From positions 64,001 through 128,000 of the forward strand of contig JAUVXW010000002.1 of the NCBI GenBank assembly GCA_030603385.1: 64,000 bases of DNA. The letters are read 5' to 3'. Position numbers and translations under genes: made by a program. The notes below the pieces were generated by a model. The model saw nothing but the letters and a program-made list of their open reading frames with translations. It ran no database searches and was not told the DNA's origin. This DNA is from Promethearchaeota archaeon (GTDB lineage Archaea > Asgardarchaeota > Lokiarchaeia > Sigyniarchaeales > SOKP01). Below are positions 28,963 through 38,756 of the stretch, piece by piece. Numbering within the stretch: position 1 is the stretch's first letter; each line of letters opens with the position of its first letter.

Positions 28963-29703
28963 TTACTTTTGCAAGATTAGTGTTCTTTTTTCTTTAGGTA
29001 ATTTTTCACTAGCATATCTAAGAATTAAACGAGGAAGTTTACCTTTATTTCTCATTAAGTATTGATATATTATTTCTGGGTTATATCTTGAACAAGTTTT
29101 TAGGAGCCATCCAATTCCCTTATGGATGTAATCTTCTGGATATGTCATCATTTTTTCAGCGAATTCAAATACAAAATCCTCATCGAATTCTTTTTTTATC
29201 ATTATAAATTTAAGCAAAATTACTAAGGATGCACGTCTTATCCATAAGTTATCAAATTTTGACCAGACTGCAAGAGTTTTTTTAGTTAATTCTTCATTTC
29301 CTTTTTTTCCTAAAAACGGTCCAATACCTCTAATCATAGTTGTATCTGTTATCGCCCACGTATCGAAATTGCTAGGAATTAATTCTTGAATCATATCAAC
29401 TGTTTCTTTATTAAAATCCTTCTTAAATCTGTTTAATAAGAAAATGCCAGCTATTTTTTCATCATGCACATCTGATTTTATCAAAATTTTAAAAATTTCA
29501 GAAGCCTCATCATAGTTTAATTGAAACTTACTATTAAGTTCTCTAATAAACTTTTCAATGTCAGAATGTTTGTTCCCGTATGCTACAAAATTAGGATTAT
29601 CAGAATTTAAAATTTTATACATTCGAGACTTTTGTTCAAAGGTCAAATGAGTAGAGTTATTTTTTAAGTATGTTCTAATCTCTTGAATAACATTCTCGAT
29701 CAT
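28963..29703 (-). CDS. AlkD-like DNA alkylation repair protein
   Basis: DTWAITD, NLWIRRAS, YIHKGIGWLLK, LRYASEKL. Confidence 0.88.
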   Translation of the reverse strand: MIENVIQEIRTYLKNNSTHLTFEQKSRMYKILNSDNPNFVAYGNKHSDIEKFIRELNSKFQLNYDEASEIFKILIKSDVHDEKIAGIFLLNRFKKDFNKETVDMIQELIPSNFDTWAITDTTMIRGIGPFLGKKGNEELTKKTLAVWSKFDNLWIRRASLVILLKFIMIKKEFDEDFVFEFAEKMMTYPEDYIHKGIGWLLKTCSRYNPEIIYQYLMRNKGKLPRLILRYASEKLPKEKRTLILQK

Positions 29704-30836
29704 AAGAATCTATCAATTCCGGTTTTATGTTTTAGATCTTTACTTTTTTCTAAGTAAGGTTCAACATAATCAATAATTTGCTGATTAAAATTTTTCAATT
29801 TAGATAAATTTCCCCTTTTATAAACATCAAAAATTGATTCTTCTAAATTATTAAGGTTTAAACCGGCCCACATCATAGTTTTATTAGATTTTCCTGTCTT
29901 TAATGAATCCAAGTATTCTTTATTTAACAATAGTTCAGAGATCTTATAATTCCATTTACGATAATCTGAAGGAATCCATCTTTTTACTCTTACTGCTATA
30001 TTATATTTCTCACATAAATTCAATAATTTAGGATGTAATTCTCTGACATATTGGGCAGATGGGTACATCTCACCTTTATATAATTCGAGTAAAGGCTTGA
30101 CAACATATTTATACTTACTATTTTTTAGTTTTTTTATAAAGTAGTCAGCTTGAGAATCTCGCATCGTTAAACCAGGTGAAAATAAAACAAAGTCTGCTCC
30201 AGCTTTTTTAGATTGTTTTATTACATCCTCTAGATTTTGATTGTCATCACATAAAAATGGAATAATTGGGATAAAGTAGGTACCTACTTGAATATGTGGT
30301 GATTTCTTTTTTATAACCGATAATGCTTCTAACCTTTCAGAAGGGGATGATGAATAAGGTTCTAAAAATTTAGCAAGTTCCTCGTTAGTAGTACTTATTG
30401 AAAATCCTACAGTACACCATGTATCTTCTGCGATTTTTTTTAAAATATCAATATCTCGAGTAATTAATTTTGATTTAGTTGCAATATTTATAGGGAATTT
30501 ATGTTTCGCTATAACTTGCAAGACTTTTCTTGTATGTTCAATCTCTTGCTCAATCGGTTGATAAGCGTCGTTTACTCCTCCTGGAGCAATTATATCAGGT
30601 AATAGTGTTCGAGCTCTTTTTAACCTCAGATCTAACTTTTTATCAAAATTGGTCTTAATTATAACTTCATTTTCAAAATCTTTTAGGTAATATCGCTGAC
30701 TTCGCGCATCACAATAAATACAAGCATGGGTGCATCCTGAATATGTGTTCAGAGTATAGCGTGACCAAAACCAAGAATCAGGGTATCTTAATTTGTTTAT
30801 GACAGATTTGAACTCTTTATATTTGTAAGTAACCAT
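29700..30836 (-). CDS. Radical SAM protein (spore-photoproduct-lyase/Rv2578c-like), translationally coupled to the AlkD-like gene
   Basis: NTYSGCTHACIYCDAR, DAYQPIE, TKSKLITRD; ATGA overlap. Confidence 0.85.
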   Translation of the reverse strand: MVTYKYKEFKSVINKLRYPDSWFWSRYTLNTYSGCTHACIYCDARSQRYYLKDFENEVIIKTNFDKKLDLRLKRARTLLPDIIAPGGVNDAYQPIEQEIEHTRKVLQVIAKHKFPINIATKSKLITRDIDILKKIAEDTWCTVGFSISTTNEELAKFLEPYSSSPSERLEALSVIKKKSPHIQVGTYFIPIIPFLCDDNQNLEDVIKQSKKAGADFVLFSPGLTMRDSQADYFIKKLKNSKYKYVVKPLLELYKGEMYPSAQYVRELHPKLLNLCEKYNIAVRVKRWIPSDYRKWNYKISELLLNKEYLDSLKTGKSNKTMMWAGLNLNNLEESIFDVYKRGNLSKLKNFNQQIIDYVEPYLEKSKDLKHKTGIDRFL

Positions 30837-30929
30837 GGTTAAAAGTAATATTTTTGTATCCTCAATAATAAAATTAAAAATTTAAGATTATTAAAATAGA
30901 AGACAAATAAAATTTTATGAGTAAAATAG

Positions 30930-31002
30930 GAAAAAACGCCAGTTAAATAAAAAAGTGATCTAATATGGAAATGGAAAGAAAAAATTTAGTTGGCGTTTTT
31001 TC
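30930..31002. repeat. 19-bp imperfect inverted repeat (12 bp perfect) upstream of the radical SAM-AlkD operon
   Basis: GAAAAAACGCCAGTTAAAT ... ATTTAGTTGGCGTTTTTTC, 35-nt spacer. Confidence 0.7.
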
Positions 31003-31146
31003 AAATAGATCATACAACTTTGTAAATATATTTTTTTGCATTAAGAAATAAAAAACTACTCAAAGTTTTTTAAGAAATTTATAAATTTTGAAATATAAAT
31101 ATAATTTTATCTACAAATTAAAAATGAAAGAAGTTTTTAATTGAGA

Positions 31147-31239
31147 TGCGCCGCCCGGGAATCGAACCCGGGTTACTGGCTGACTTCAATCGGTTCTGAC
31201 TATGGAAGGCCAGAATCCTAACCCCTAGACTAGCGGCGC
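31147..31239 (-). tRNA. tRNA-Gly(TCC) with a 21-nt canonical intron
   Basis: GCGCCGC/GCGGCGC acceptor, CTGGC-CTTCCA|A-GCCAG anticodon arm, BHB CTTC/GAAG, intron 31182-31202. Confidence 0.93.
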
Positions 31240-31281
31240 TTAATATTATAAAAATCACCATTTCTTATAACTTTAGTGATT

Positions 31282-31956
31282 TTATTGAATATTATGACTT
31301 AACTCATAGTAAGTGATAATTTTATTAGTTACAATCCATGCATCTAAAGAATATTCTGAAATGGAAATTAAATTATTAGATAATCTTAAAAGTTCTTCCG
31401 AGAAGGTATTCTTTTGAAAACCCCCAATAATAGCTATTATATTTTTAGATAGAGCTTCTAAAAATAAATTCTTATAGTCATTAACTAATTTTCCTCTACT
31501 TGAAAATAAAATAATTTCTGGATTTTTAAATTTATTAATTAAATCTTGTAATTTTCCTTCAAACTGAGAGATTAAATGCTTGCCATTTACTTTGATATTA
31601 CCATCAATCAAAGTTTTTGCCATTAATCCTTTAAATCGATTATAATTTCTCGCTATCCTTATTTCTGGATTAAATTCATAAATTTTATTATTTATAGTAT
31701 GAATAAATAGGCTTAGATTACCAGTTTTGTTTAAAGTCGATCCTAAAGCATTGAGCAAACATAAATGAGTGATGTCAGGACGGCCCCTCTTTTCTGAATT
31801 TTTCAAATTTTTCATAGCACTATGATGTAGAGCATTATCTAATATTTGTGAGGCGTATATTTGTGACGACAAATTTTTTCTGACAGCAGAATGTTTTCTA
31901 ATTTCTTTGGGTATTAATTCCATACCACATTCCACTAAAATTACAATTAAAGGCAT
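31282..31956 (-). CDS. nep1: 16S rRNA pseudouridine methyltransferase Nep1/Emg1
   Basis: KRGRPDITHLCLL, RIARNYNRFKGLM, IGGF. Confidence 0.92.
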   Translation of the reverse strand: MPLIVILVECGMELIPKEIRKHSAVRKNLSSQIYASQILDNALHHSAMKNLKNSEKRGRPDITHLCLLNALGSTLNKTGNLSLFIHTINNKIYEFNPEIRIARNYNRFKGLMAKTLIDGNIKVNGKHLISQFEGKLQDLINKFKNPEIILFSSRGKLVNDYKNLFLEALSKNIIAIIGGFQKNTFSEELLRLSNNLISISEYSLDAWIVTNKIITYYELSHNIQ

Positions 31957-31972
31957 AATTTTCTTAGTTTTA

Positions 31973-32335
31973 TTAATTTAATTCAGAAATTTCTTTTTTA
32001 ACACTTAAAGTTTTAATAAAATATCTGGTTGTATTATTACATTCAAAACATGTTAAAGAAACATGAGAGCCCTTTCCCTTATGGGAGTGCATTCTAATTC
32101 TATAATTTAATCCAGGATATAAAAATTTTTTACATTTTTTACATATACGTTTATTCCATTCATAAGGGATTTTAATTCTTGCTCTTTGAGCATAGCGTCT
32201 AGCTAAGTAAGTATATCTATTTGCTAATGATTTATTATCAGGGAAGATCTCATGAGCTCTTTGAAATAAATAGATTATCCTATTATTCGCAATTTTTTTT
32301 ATTACTACCCTATAATTTCGATTTTTCTTTACCAT
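31973..32335 (-). CDS. rnp4: RNase P protein component 4 (Rpp21)
   Basis: IANNRI..LANRY..ICKKC..L.PG..TCFEC. Confidence 0.92.
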   Translation of the reverse strand: MVKKNRNYRVVIKKIANNRIIYLFQRAHEIFPDNKSLANRYTYLARRYAQRARIKIPYEWNKRICKKCKKFLYPGLNYRIRMHSHKGKGSHVSLTCFECNNTTRYFIKTLSVKKEISELN

Positions 32336-32357
32336 TTAAATTATTTTAGTTATAATT

Positions 32358-32630
32358 TTATTTACCTTTTTTAATGGGATTTAATGAGAGAATGAAAATT
32401 TTTCCTCTAACGTCCAATAAATAAGAATTTGTTAGTTTTGAAATTTCAATAGCAATATCTTTAATATTTGATTTGGATGCTATTGTTTTTAATGTCTTGA
32501 CTTTAATAATCTTATATCTTTTTAATAATTTGGTGACATGGAGTATAAACTCCTTAGTTATTCCACGCTTTCCCAAGGTACAACGTGGTTGTGATAGTAA
32601 CGCTTTTTTAAATTCTTTTTGGTAATCCAT
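32358..32630 (-). CDS. yhbY: YhbY/CRM RNA-binding protein
   Basis: LGKRGIT..KIIKVK..DVRGKIFIL; conserved position between rpp21 and rps19e. Confidence 0.85.
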   Translation of the reverse strand: MDYQKEFKKALLSQPRCTLGKRGITKEFILHVTKLLKRYKIIKVKTLKTIASKSNIKDIAIEISKLTNSYLLDVRGKIFILSLNPIKKGK

Positions 32631-32718
32631 CGTCCCAAAACTCAAAAAATACAAAAATTTTTAATTTATTCTAGCTTCAAAAACGTATTATATATTATTT
32701 ATTTAATGGTGTGAAAAA

Positions 32719-33144
32719 ATTTCAATATATGTCGTTCAACCAGAAAAACTAGTTGAAGCTATTGCAGAAAAGTTAAAGGAATTTCCCGAAATTTCACCAC
32801 CTAAGGGTTCAGAATTTTGGAAGACAGCGTTTTTTAAAGAATTAGCTCCTAGTGATTCAGAAAATTTCTGGTATATCCGATGCGCCTCTTTGCTTAGAAA
32901 ATTGAAGAAATTTGGACCTATTGGAGTTAGTAAACTTCGAAAATTTTATGGAGGAAAAAATAGAAAAGGTAAAGGTTTACATCATTCTGCTAGAGGTAGT
33001 GGAAAAATAATAAGAGTAGCACTTCAACAGCTTGAAAAAGCAAACTTAATTAAAATGAAAGAAAAAAAAGGAAGAGTTCTTTCTTCTGAAGGAACTAGTC
33101 TATTGGAACGAACGGCATATGTGATTATGAGAAGTAAAGATTAA
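32719..33144 (+). CDS. rps19e: 30S ribosomal protein eS19; ATT start
   Basis: The conserved N-half (SIYVVQPEKLVEAIAEKLK..PP..FWKTAFFKELAP..WYIRCASLLRK) lies upstream of the first TTG. In-frame TAA at 32704; GGTGTGA precedes ATT 32719. Confidence 0.93.
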   Translation: MSIYVVQPEKLVEAIAEKLKEFPEISPPKGSEFWKTAFFKELAPSDSENFWYIRCASLLRKLKKFGPIGVSKLRKFYGGKNRKGKGLHHSARGSGKIIRVALQQLEKANLIKMKEKKGRVLSSEGTSLLERTAYVIMRSKD

Positions 33145-33178
33145 TAATACCAAAAGGTGTAATTTTTAGGGGTTTAGA

Positions 33179-33520
33179 TTGAGCAACGACGAGGAATTAG
33201 AAATTATAAGAAGGAGAAAGTTGGAAGAATTAAGACAACAAGCAGCACAACAACAAATTGGAGAAGCTCAACAACAAGAATTTGAAGAAAAAAAATATTT
33301 AATAATGAGAAAAATCTTAAGTGTCGAAGGGAGACAAAGGCTAGAAAATATTCGAATTGTCAAACCACAATTTGCTGAACAAATAGAAATACAATTAATT
33401 CAATTATTTCAAAGCGGGAAGTTAAAAGGAGCAACACCTCTACCAGATAAAGCATTTAAAAAGCTCCTAGAACAGTTAACAACATTCGAAAGGAAGAAAG
33501 AATTTAAAATCAAAAAATAA
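33179..33520 (+). CDS. PDCD5-family DNA-binding protein
   Basis: ELEIIRRRKLEEL, ILSVEGRQRLENIRIVKP. Confidence 0.92.
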   Translation: MSNDEELEIIRRRKLEELRQQAAQQQIGEAQQQEFEEKKYLIMRKILSVEGRQRLENIRIVKPQFAEQIEIQLIQLFQSGKLKGATPLPDKAFKKLLEQLTTFERKKEFKIKK

Positions 33521-33541
33521 TTATAACAGAAGGAATTTAAA

Positions 33542-33703
33542 ATGGCTCGTAATAAAGATTTACCATCAAAATTGCGTAGAGCGAATAGAATGAAAAAAAA
33601 TAAGTCAGTACCTAATTGGGTAATTCAGAGAACCGCAGGAAAGGTTAGAACTAGCCCATATTCCAGAAGAACATGGAGGAATGCAAAGTTAAAGCGAGAC
33701 TAA
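33542..33703 (+). CDS. rpl39e: 50S ribosomal protein eL39 (absent from the ORF track)
   Basis: MARNKDLPSKLRRANRMKKNKSVPNWVIQRTAGKVRTSPYSRRTWRNAKLKRD*. Confidence 0.95.
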   Translation: MARNKDLPSKLRRANRMKKNKSVPNWVIQRTAGKVRTSPYSRRTWRNAKLKRD

Positions 33704-33738
33704 ATATATTAATTTAATAAAAATTAATCTGAACGAAA

Positions 33739-34188
33739 ATGGCTAAAAAAGAAAAAGAAATTAATTTAGACGATTTAGAAGAGGAATTAGGAGAATCGGA
33801 AGAAGAAATTGAAGAAAAGATCGAAGAAATTGAAGAATTTAGCTTAGATGAAATTTCTGAAGAAGAAGAAATAAGTGAAATTTTTGAAGAGGAAGTTGGG
33901 GTTATTGAAGAAGCTGAAGAAGAAGCCCCTAAAGAAGAAATTATTGATGAGAGGATTTATATTATACCTCTTGCGAAAGCAAGAAAAGGACCTAGAAACA
34001 AATGGGCTAAGAAATCAATTCGATATTTAAGAGAGTTCATGACCCGCCATTTTAAACCCGAATCATTAATAATTTCTCAAGAAGTAAATGAACGAATATG
34101 GGAACGTGGAATTCAGAAACCACCGAGGAAATTAAAAGTCAGGGTGACAAAGAATATAGATGGACTCTGTGTCGTATATTTAGCATAA
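33739..34188 (+). CDS. rpl31e: 50S ribosomal protein eL31 with long acidic N-terminal extension
   Basis: ERIYIIPL..VNERIWERGIQKPPRKLKVRV. Confidence 0.93.
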   Translation: MAKKEKEINLDDLEEELGESEEEIEEKIEEIEEFSLDEISEEEEISEIFEEEVGVIEEAEEEAPKEEIIDERIYIIPLAKARKGPRNKWAKKSIRYLREFMTRHFKPESLIISQEVNERIWERGIQKPPRKLKVRVTKNIDGLCVVYLA

Positions 34189-34270
34189 TGTTTTATTAAT
34201 TAATTTTAAGGTTTGTATTCTTTTTTTATTATAAATTACTGGAAAAGGTATAGATTTATCAAAGCTTCGA

Positions 34271-34951
34271 ATGGCAATTTTAAGATCTCAAGTTTTTGGA
34301 CGTAGTTTAATTGGAGTGTATCTCGCTGCTAATAACTCATACGTCCTTTATCCTCCTACATTACTAAAACCATTACTTAAGAAGTATAGAAACACCTTCA
34401 TTGAACCTTTTCATCCTCTTACAATCAATAGTTCTGATCTATTAGGTGTGTATACTGCTTCTAATAAATATGGAATAATAGTCCCCCACATTATAAAAGA
34501 TGACGAATTAGAAAAATTAAAAGAATTTTTAAAAGAGGGAACCAACTCTTCTCAAGTAAATGTTCTAAAATCCATAGATAATGCATTTGGAAACTTGATT
34601 CTTTGTAATGATAAAGGAGCTATTATTAGTTCATTTTTAAAAGATCATAAAGAAGATATCGAAAATACTTTGAATGTTGAGACTGTTGTTTATGAATTTG
34701 CTAATAATTATCTTCCTGGCTCAATTTCATTAGTTAATAATAATGGTTGTGTTGTACATCCTCTCTCCACCGACGATGAAATTGATTTTATATCTTCTAT
34801 TTTGAAAGTTGATGAGGTTGATGTTTCAACAGTAAATCGTGGTGTTCCATATTTAAGTTCAGGAGCAATTGTAAATGATAAGAGTGGAATTTTTGGAGTT
34901 GGTTGTACGGGACCAGAATTAATACGAATTACGACTGTTCTACAATTGTAA
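34271..34951 (+). CDS. eif6: Translation initiation factor aIF6
   Basis: GNLILCNDKGA, VHP, STVNRG, TGPEL. Confidence 0.93.
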   Translation: MAILRSQVFGRSLIGVYLAANNSYVLYPPTLLKPLLKKYRNTFIEPFHPLTINSSDLLGVYTASNKYGIIVPHIIKDDELEKLKEFLKEGTNSSQVNVLKSIDNAFGNLILCNDKGAIISSFLKDHKEDIENTLNVETVVYEFANNYLPGSISLVNNNGCVVHPLSTDDEIDFISSILKVDEVDVSTVNRGVPYLSSGAIVNDKSGIFGVGCTGPELIRITTVLQL

Positions 34952-35043
34952 AGAAATTCTATGTATTTGTAAAAAGCAAAATTTAATAATTTCTTAAATA
35001 TTATCCTTTTTTAAAAGCTTTGATTCAATGGATCTAAATAGCA

Positions 35044-35271
35044 ATGTCAGAGATTAAAATTTATAGAATCATTGGTAATTACAATAAAAATCATAAGAAA
35101 TATTTATTCCGTAAAGAAGTTCGTGCTTTGAAAGAGGAAGATGCTCTTGAAAAAGTATTAAGCCAAATAACATCTATAGGAATTTACAGACGCCAAATTA
35201 ATATTCAAGAAGTTAAAGAAATAACTTTAGATGAAACACAAGACTATCTTATAAGGGAATTATCAGAATAA
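35044..35271 (+). CDS. rpl18a: 50S ribosomal protein eL20 (L18a/LX)
   Basis: FRKEVRALKEEDALEK..RRQINIQEV; operon position. Confidence 0.88.
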   Translation: MSEIKIYRIIGNYNKNHKKYLFRKEVRALKEEDALEKVLSQITSIGIYRRQINIQEVKEITLDETQDYLIRELSE

Positions 35272-35299
35272 TTAATATTTTAAATGGATTTGATAGAAT

Positions 35300-35716
35300 T
35301 TGGAATCTTCTCAAGATTATCAGGAGCAATTACAAATATTTAGAATATTGAAGGAACAACGAGATATATTCCAAGGTCAACTTGAAATTCTTAATGTGTC
35401 TCGAGCAAATATAGTGAATACAAAGATTACTATTGAAAATTTAAAAGAAGGCGTAGAAGTAAATGATGAAATTTTAATACCTATTGGAGGAATGGCAAAT
35501 ATTAAAGCCTCTATTAAGGATCCTGAGAAAATTTTACTAGCAGTTACTCAAGATGTTATAATTGAAAAAGATTTAGATGGAGCAATTGAACTTCTTGATA
35601 TGAGAATTGAACAGCATGATAAGGAAATCCAATTCATAAGAACTCAATTGCAAAATATAGAGATTAATTTACAAAAAACTACTCAAACCATTCAGAAAGG
35701 TTATCTTCAAAAATAG
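35300..35716 (+). CDS. pfdA: Prefoldin alpha subunit
   Basis: EILIPIGG..IEKDLDGAIE flanked by coiled coils. Confidence 0.9.
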   Translation: MESSQDYQEQLQIFRILKEQRDIFQGQLEILNVSRANIVNTKITIENLKEGVEVNDEILIPIGGMANIKASIKDPEKILLAVTQDVIIEKDLDGAIELLDMRIEQHDKEIQFIRTQLQNIEINLQKTTQTIQKGYLQK

Positions 35717-35777
35717 ATCTTATTTGGGCAATATAATTAAATTTCCTTAAACAATGCTAATTTTTGTGGAGAAATAA

Positions 35778-36677
35778 ATGCTTGAAAAGCTAAAAAATGT
35801 GTTTTCTACTTTTGTTAAAAAGAGCTTGACAGAAAAAAAGATAGATGAGGCCATAAATGATTTAAGAATACTCCTTATTAGTAATGATGTTGCAATAGAC
35901 ACTGCTGATGAAATCTGTAAAAGTATTATTGAATCTTTTAAAGGTCAACAAATTACTCGATTAACATCAACTAAAAAAATGCTATTCGATACATTAAAAG
36001 AAGTTATGATTGAAATCTTAACACCTGAAAAGGAAATTGATATAATTAAAGAAATTAAAACTAAAAAGTCGTTAGGTTTACCATATGTATTTGTTTTTTT
36101 TGGAATAAACGGAACAGGAAAAACCACTACAATTGCTAAAGTAGCTAATTTCCTAAAAGAAAGTAACATCAGTTCTGTCGCAGCTGCTTCAGATACATTC
36201 CGAGCTGGAGCTATTGAACAACTAACTAAACATATGAATAATGTTGGAATTAATGTTATAAAGCATGGATATAAATCTGATCCTGCTTCAGTTGCTTATG
36301 ATGCAATTGAGCATGCTAAGGCTAAAGAAATAGATGTAGTTTTAGTAGACACATCTGGAAGGCAGACAACAAACCGAAACTTAATGCTGGAAATGCAGAA
36401 AATCTGTAGAGTTACAAATCCGGATCTTAAAATTTTCATAGGAGACAGCCTTGCGGGAAATGATGTTTTATACCAAGCTAGAGAATTTGACAGACACGTT
36501 GGAATTGACGCTAATATCTTAACTAAACTTGATGCAGATGCGAAAGGTGGCGCTGCATTATCAATTTCGTTTGAAACTAAAAAGCCGATTCTATTCATTG
36601 GAACAGGGATAGGTTATGATGATTTAGAGCCGTTTGATCGAGATATATTTCTTTCAAATATTCTTGACATCAATTAA
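35778..36677 (+). CDS. ftsY: SRP receptor GTPase FtsY
   Basis: GINGTGKTTT, DTFRAGA, DTSGR, TKLDADAKGG. Confidence 0.95.
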   Translation: MLEKLKNVFSTFVKKSLTEKKIDEAINDLRILLISNDVAIDTADEICKSIIESFKGQQITRLTSTKKMLFDTLKEVMIEILTPEKEIDIIKEIKTKKSLGLPYVFVFFGINGTGKTTTIAKVANFLKESNISSVAAASDTFRAGAIEQLTKHMNNVGINVIKHGYKSDPASVAYDAIEHAKAKEIDVVLVDTSGRQTTNRNLMLEMQKICRVTNPDLKIFIGDSLAGNDVLYQAREFDRHVGIDANILTKLDADAKGGAALSISFETKKPILFIGTGIGYDDLEPFDRDIFLSNILDIN

Positions 36678-36738
36678 GATATGAATTAATATTGTTTTAG
36701 GTAGATAAATTAAAATAGCTTTCTTAATTTAATTAGAT

Positions 36739-36984
36739 GTGTCAAGCTACCCAAAATATGAGAAGTATTCAAAACTAGATCGGAAAAAGAAACCTGGCCT
36801 TTATGAAAGATTTATAACTTTCCTTCGAAATGCCAAAAGAATTCTAAAAATAGCGAATAAACCTAATCGGAAGGATTATTTTCTGGTTTTTAAAATTTGT
36901 GGAATAGGTCTCTTACTTTTAGGTGCTCTATCATTTGTTATACAATTAATCCTCACTGTAACTTTACCTATCGCTAAGGTTTAA
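36739..36984 (+). CDS. secE: SecE/Sec61-gamma
   Basis: RILKIANKP..TM helix; follows ftsY. Confidence 0.9.
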   Translation: MSSYPKYEKYSKLDRKKKPGLYERFITFLRNAKRILKIANKPNRKDYFLVFKICGIGLLLLGALSFVIQLILTVTLPIAKV

Positions 36985-37004
36985 AATCTAACATAAAATA
37001 GATA

Positions 37005-38189
37005 CTAGATATAAAAGATATCAATATGATTAGGTATCTTTAGATCATCTTCCTTATTTTTGCATGCAATAAATTTGATTTTCATATTTACCGAGATTGA
37101 AAGAAGTCTTTTTGTTAAAATTCCATCAATTATTAAATATAGAGTATTTTTAAAGTTTTTAATCTTTTCAAAAATTTCACCAACAGGCATATCAAATAAC
37201 TTCTCAAGACTTTTATTAAAACCAATACTATGACCTGTTTTTATAGTATTAATTGCCTCTATAATTATTGATTCATCTTTTATTTTTACTTTTTTCAAAT
37301 ATTTCTGAAGCGACCCCTCTTTACGATCATATTTCTTTTCTTCTGCATAATATTTTTTATTATTTTTTAATTGTTTTGCTGGTCGCTTGTTTTGTAGTGC
37401 TTTAATCATTTGTTTTCTAGTTAATTCTTCAACCTCGTACCCATCAGGTGCTCTAGTAACATAATCTAACTTTAATACTTGCATCAATTCATTTAAAATA
37501 ATAGTACCACCACGATCTCCATCAAGAAAACATGTTACAGTTTTTTTCTTTTTTGCTAAAACTACAACTGATTTAGGTACTTGAGTTCCTTGAACAGCAA
37601 TTGTATTTTTAATTCCAATTCGTAATAAATTTAAAACATCAGCTCGTCCTTCTACAATAATGAGATCTGGGTTTTTATCTACTTCTGGACCTGCTGGAAG
37701 TTTATCAGCTCCCCATGCTATGATTTCTCCAAGTTTGATATCTTTATCTATCTTTTCTTCAATTTCACTTTGTTCTAACGATTTTTGATCCCACTCTTTT
37801 AAAAGTTCAGCAGCCCTTTCTATAATTTGCTGACGTTTTGTTTCGCGAACATCTCGAATTTCAACAAGAGAAATTTCAGCCTCACATGGACCAACTCGAG
37901 ATACAGTTTCAACAGTCGCCGCCAATAGTGCAGTCTCCTTTCTTGTTAAAGAGGATGGAATTTTAATACTCCCTTCTGATATTCCCTCTTTGGAACTATT
38001 TTCTACTTCAATCCGTCCAATTCGTCCGGATTTTTGGAGATCTCTTAAATCTAGATCCAAAAGAAGACCTTCTGTTTGCCCAAAGATAGCCCCCACGATG
38101 TCTGATTTTTCAACCACGCCTTTAATTGTAAATTTTACTTCTATAATATATTTAGTTGTGAATTCATTTTGATTTGTAATCTTAACCAC
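37005..38189 (-). CDS. dnaG: Archaeal DnaG (TOPRIM)
   Basis: GVVEKSDIVGAIFGQTEGLL, VEGRADV, DGDRGG. Confidence 0.95.
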   Translation of the reverse strand: MVKITNQNEFTTKYIIEVKFTIKGVVEKSDIVGAIFGQTEGLLLDLDLRDLQKSGRIGRIEVENSSKEGISEGSIKIPSSLTRKETALLAATVETVSRVGPCEAEISLVEIRDVRETKRQQIIERAAELLKEWDQKSLEQSEIEEKIDKDIKLGEIIAWGADKLPAGPEVDKNPDLIIVEGRADVLNLLRIGIKNTIAVQGTQVPKSVVVLAKKKKTVTCFLDGDRGGTIILNELMQVLKLDYVTRAPDGYEVEELTRKQMIKALQNKRPAKQLKNNKKYYAEEKKYDRKEGSLQKYLKKVKIKDESIIIEAINTIKTGHSIGFNKSLEKLFDMPVGEIFEKIKNFKNTLYLIIDGILTKRLLSISVNMKIKFIACKNKEDDLKIPNHIDIFYI

Positions 38190-38756
38190 ATCCTATTTTT
38201 TTTTTATTTATTTTATATTTTCAATAAATCAATATTTTAGGGTGAACTTATAAAATAGAAGTAGAATTTAGCACTTTTAATTAGAAACATTACAAAATTA
38301 ATTGTTTCCAACTAAAAGCTTGAATATTTAGTCTGTTGATAAAATATTATGATTTTTATTAAACTTGGATTATTACACTACTTCTTATATCTTATTATAA
38401 GTCTGAACAACAATTTTGATTTACTGAACTGATTATAATTTTTATTATTTGGTTGTTTGATTTATTCCATTAGTTATTTAATTTAGTTAATGATAATCTT
38501 TGATAAGTTTATACATTGATTCCTTATTTCTATTGTGAGAGTTAAATAATAACGTGGATAATTTTGATTTATATAATATTTTTTATTTTTTATTTGTAAA
38601 TTTGAACTTAAAATCATCTTGATTTTGATGATTATAATGTATTTAATTAATTAACCAATATATTTTTTGCTAATTTTTAGAATTTTTGATTAGTTTTTTA
38701 TGTCATATTTGTTTTTGCAATATAAATTTTAACTATATAAATTATTTAATTAGGTT

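Noticed and set aside
38200-38750. Long AT-rich intergenic region next to dnaG as a replication origin
   Set aside because: No repeated ORB elements and no adjacent cdc6/orc1; only low-complexity TTTTGAT repeats
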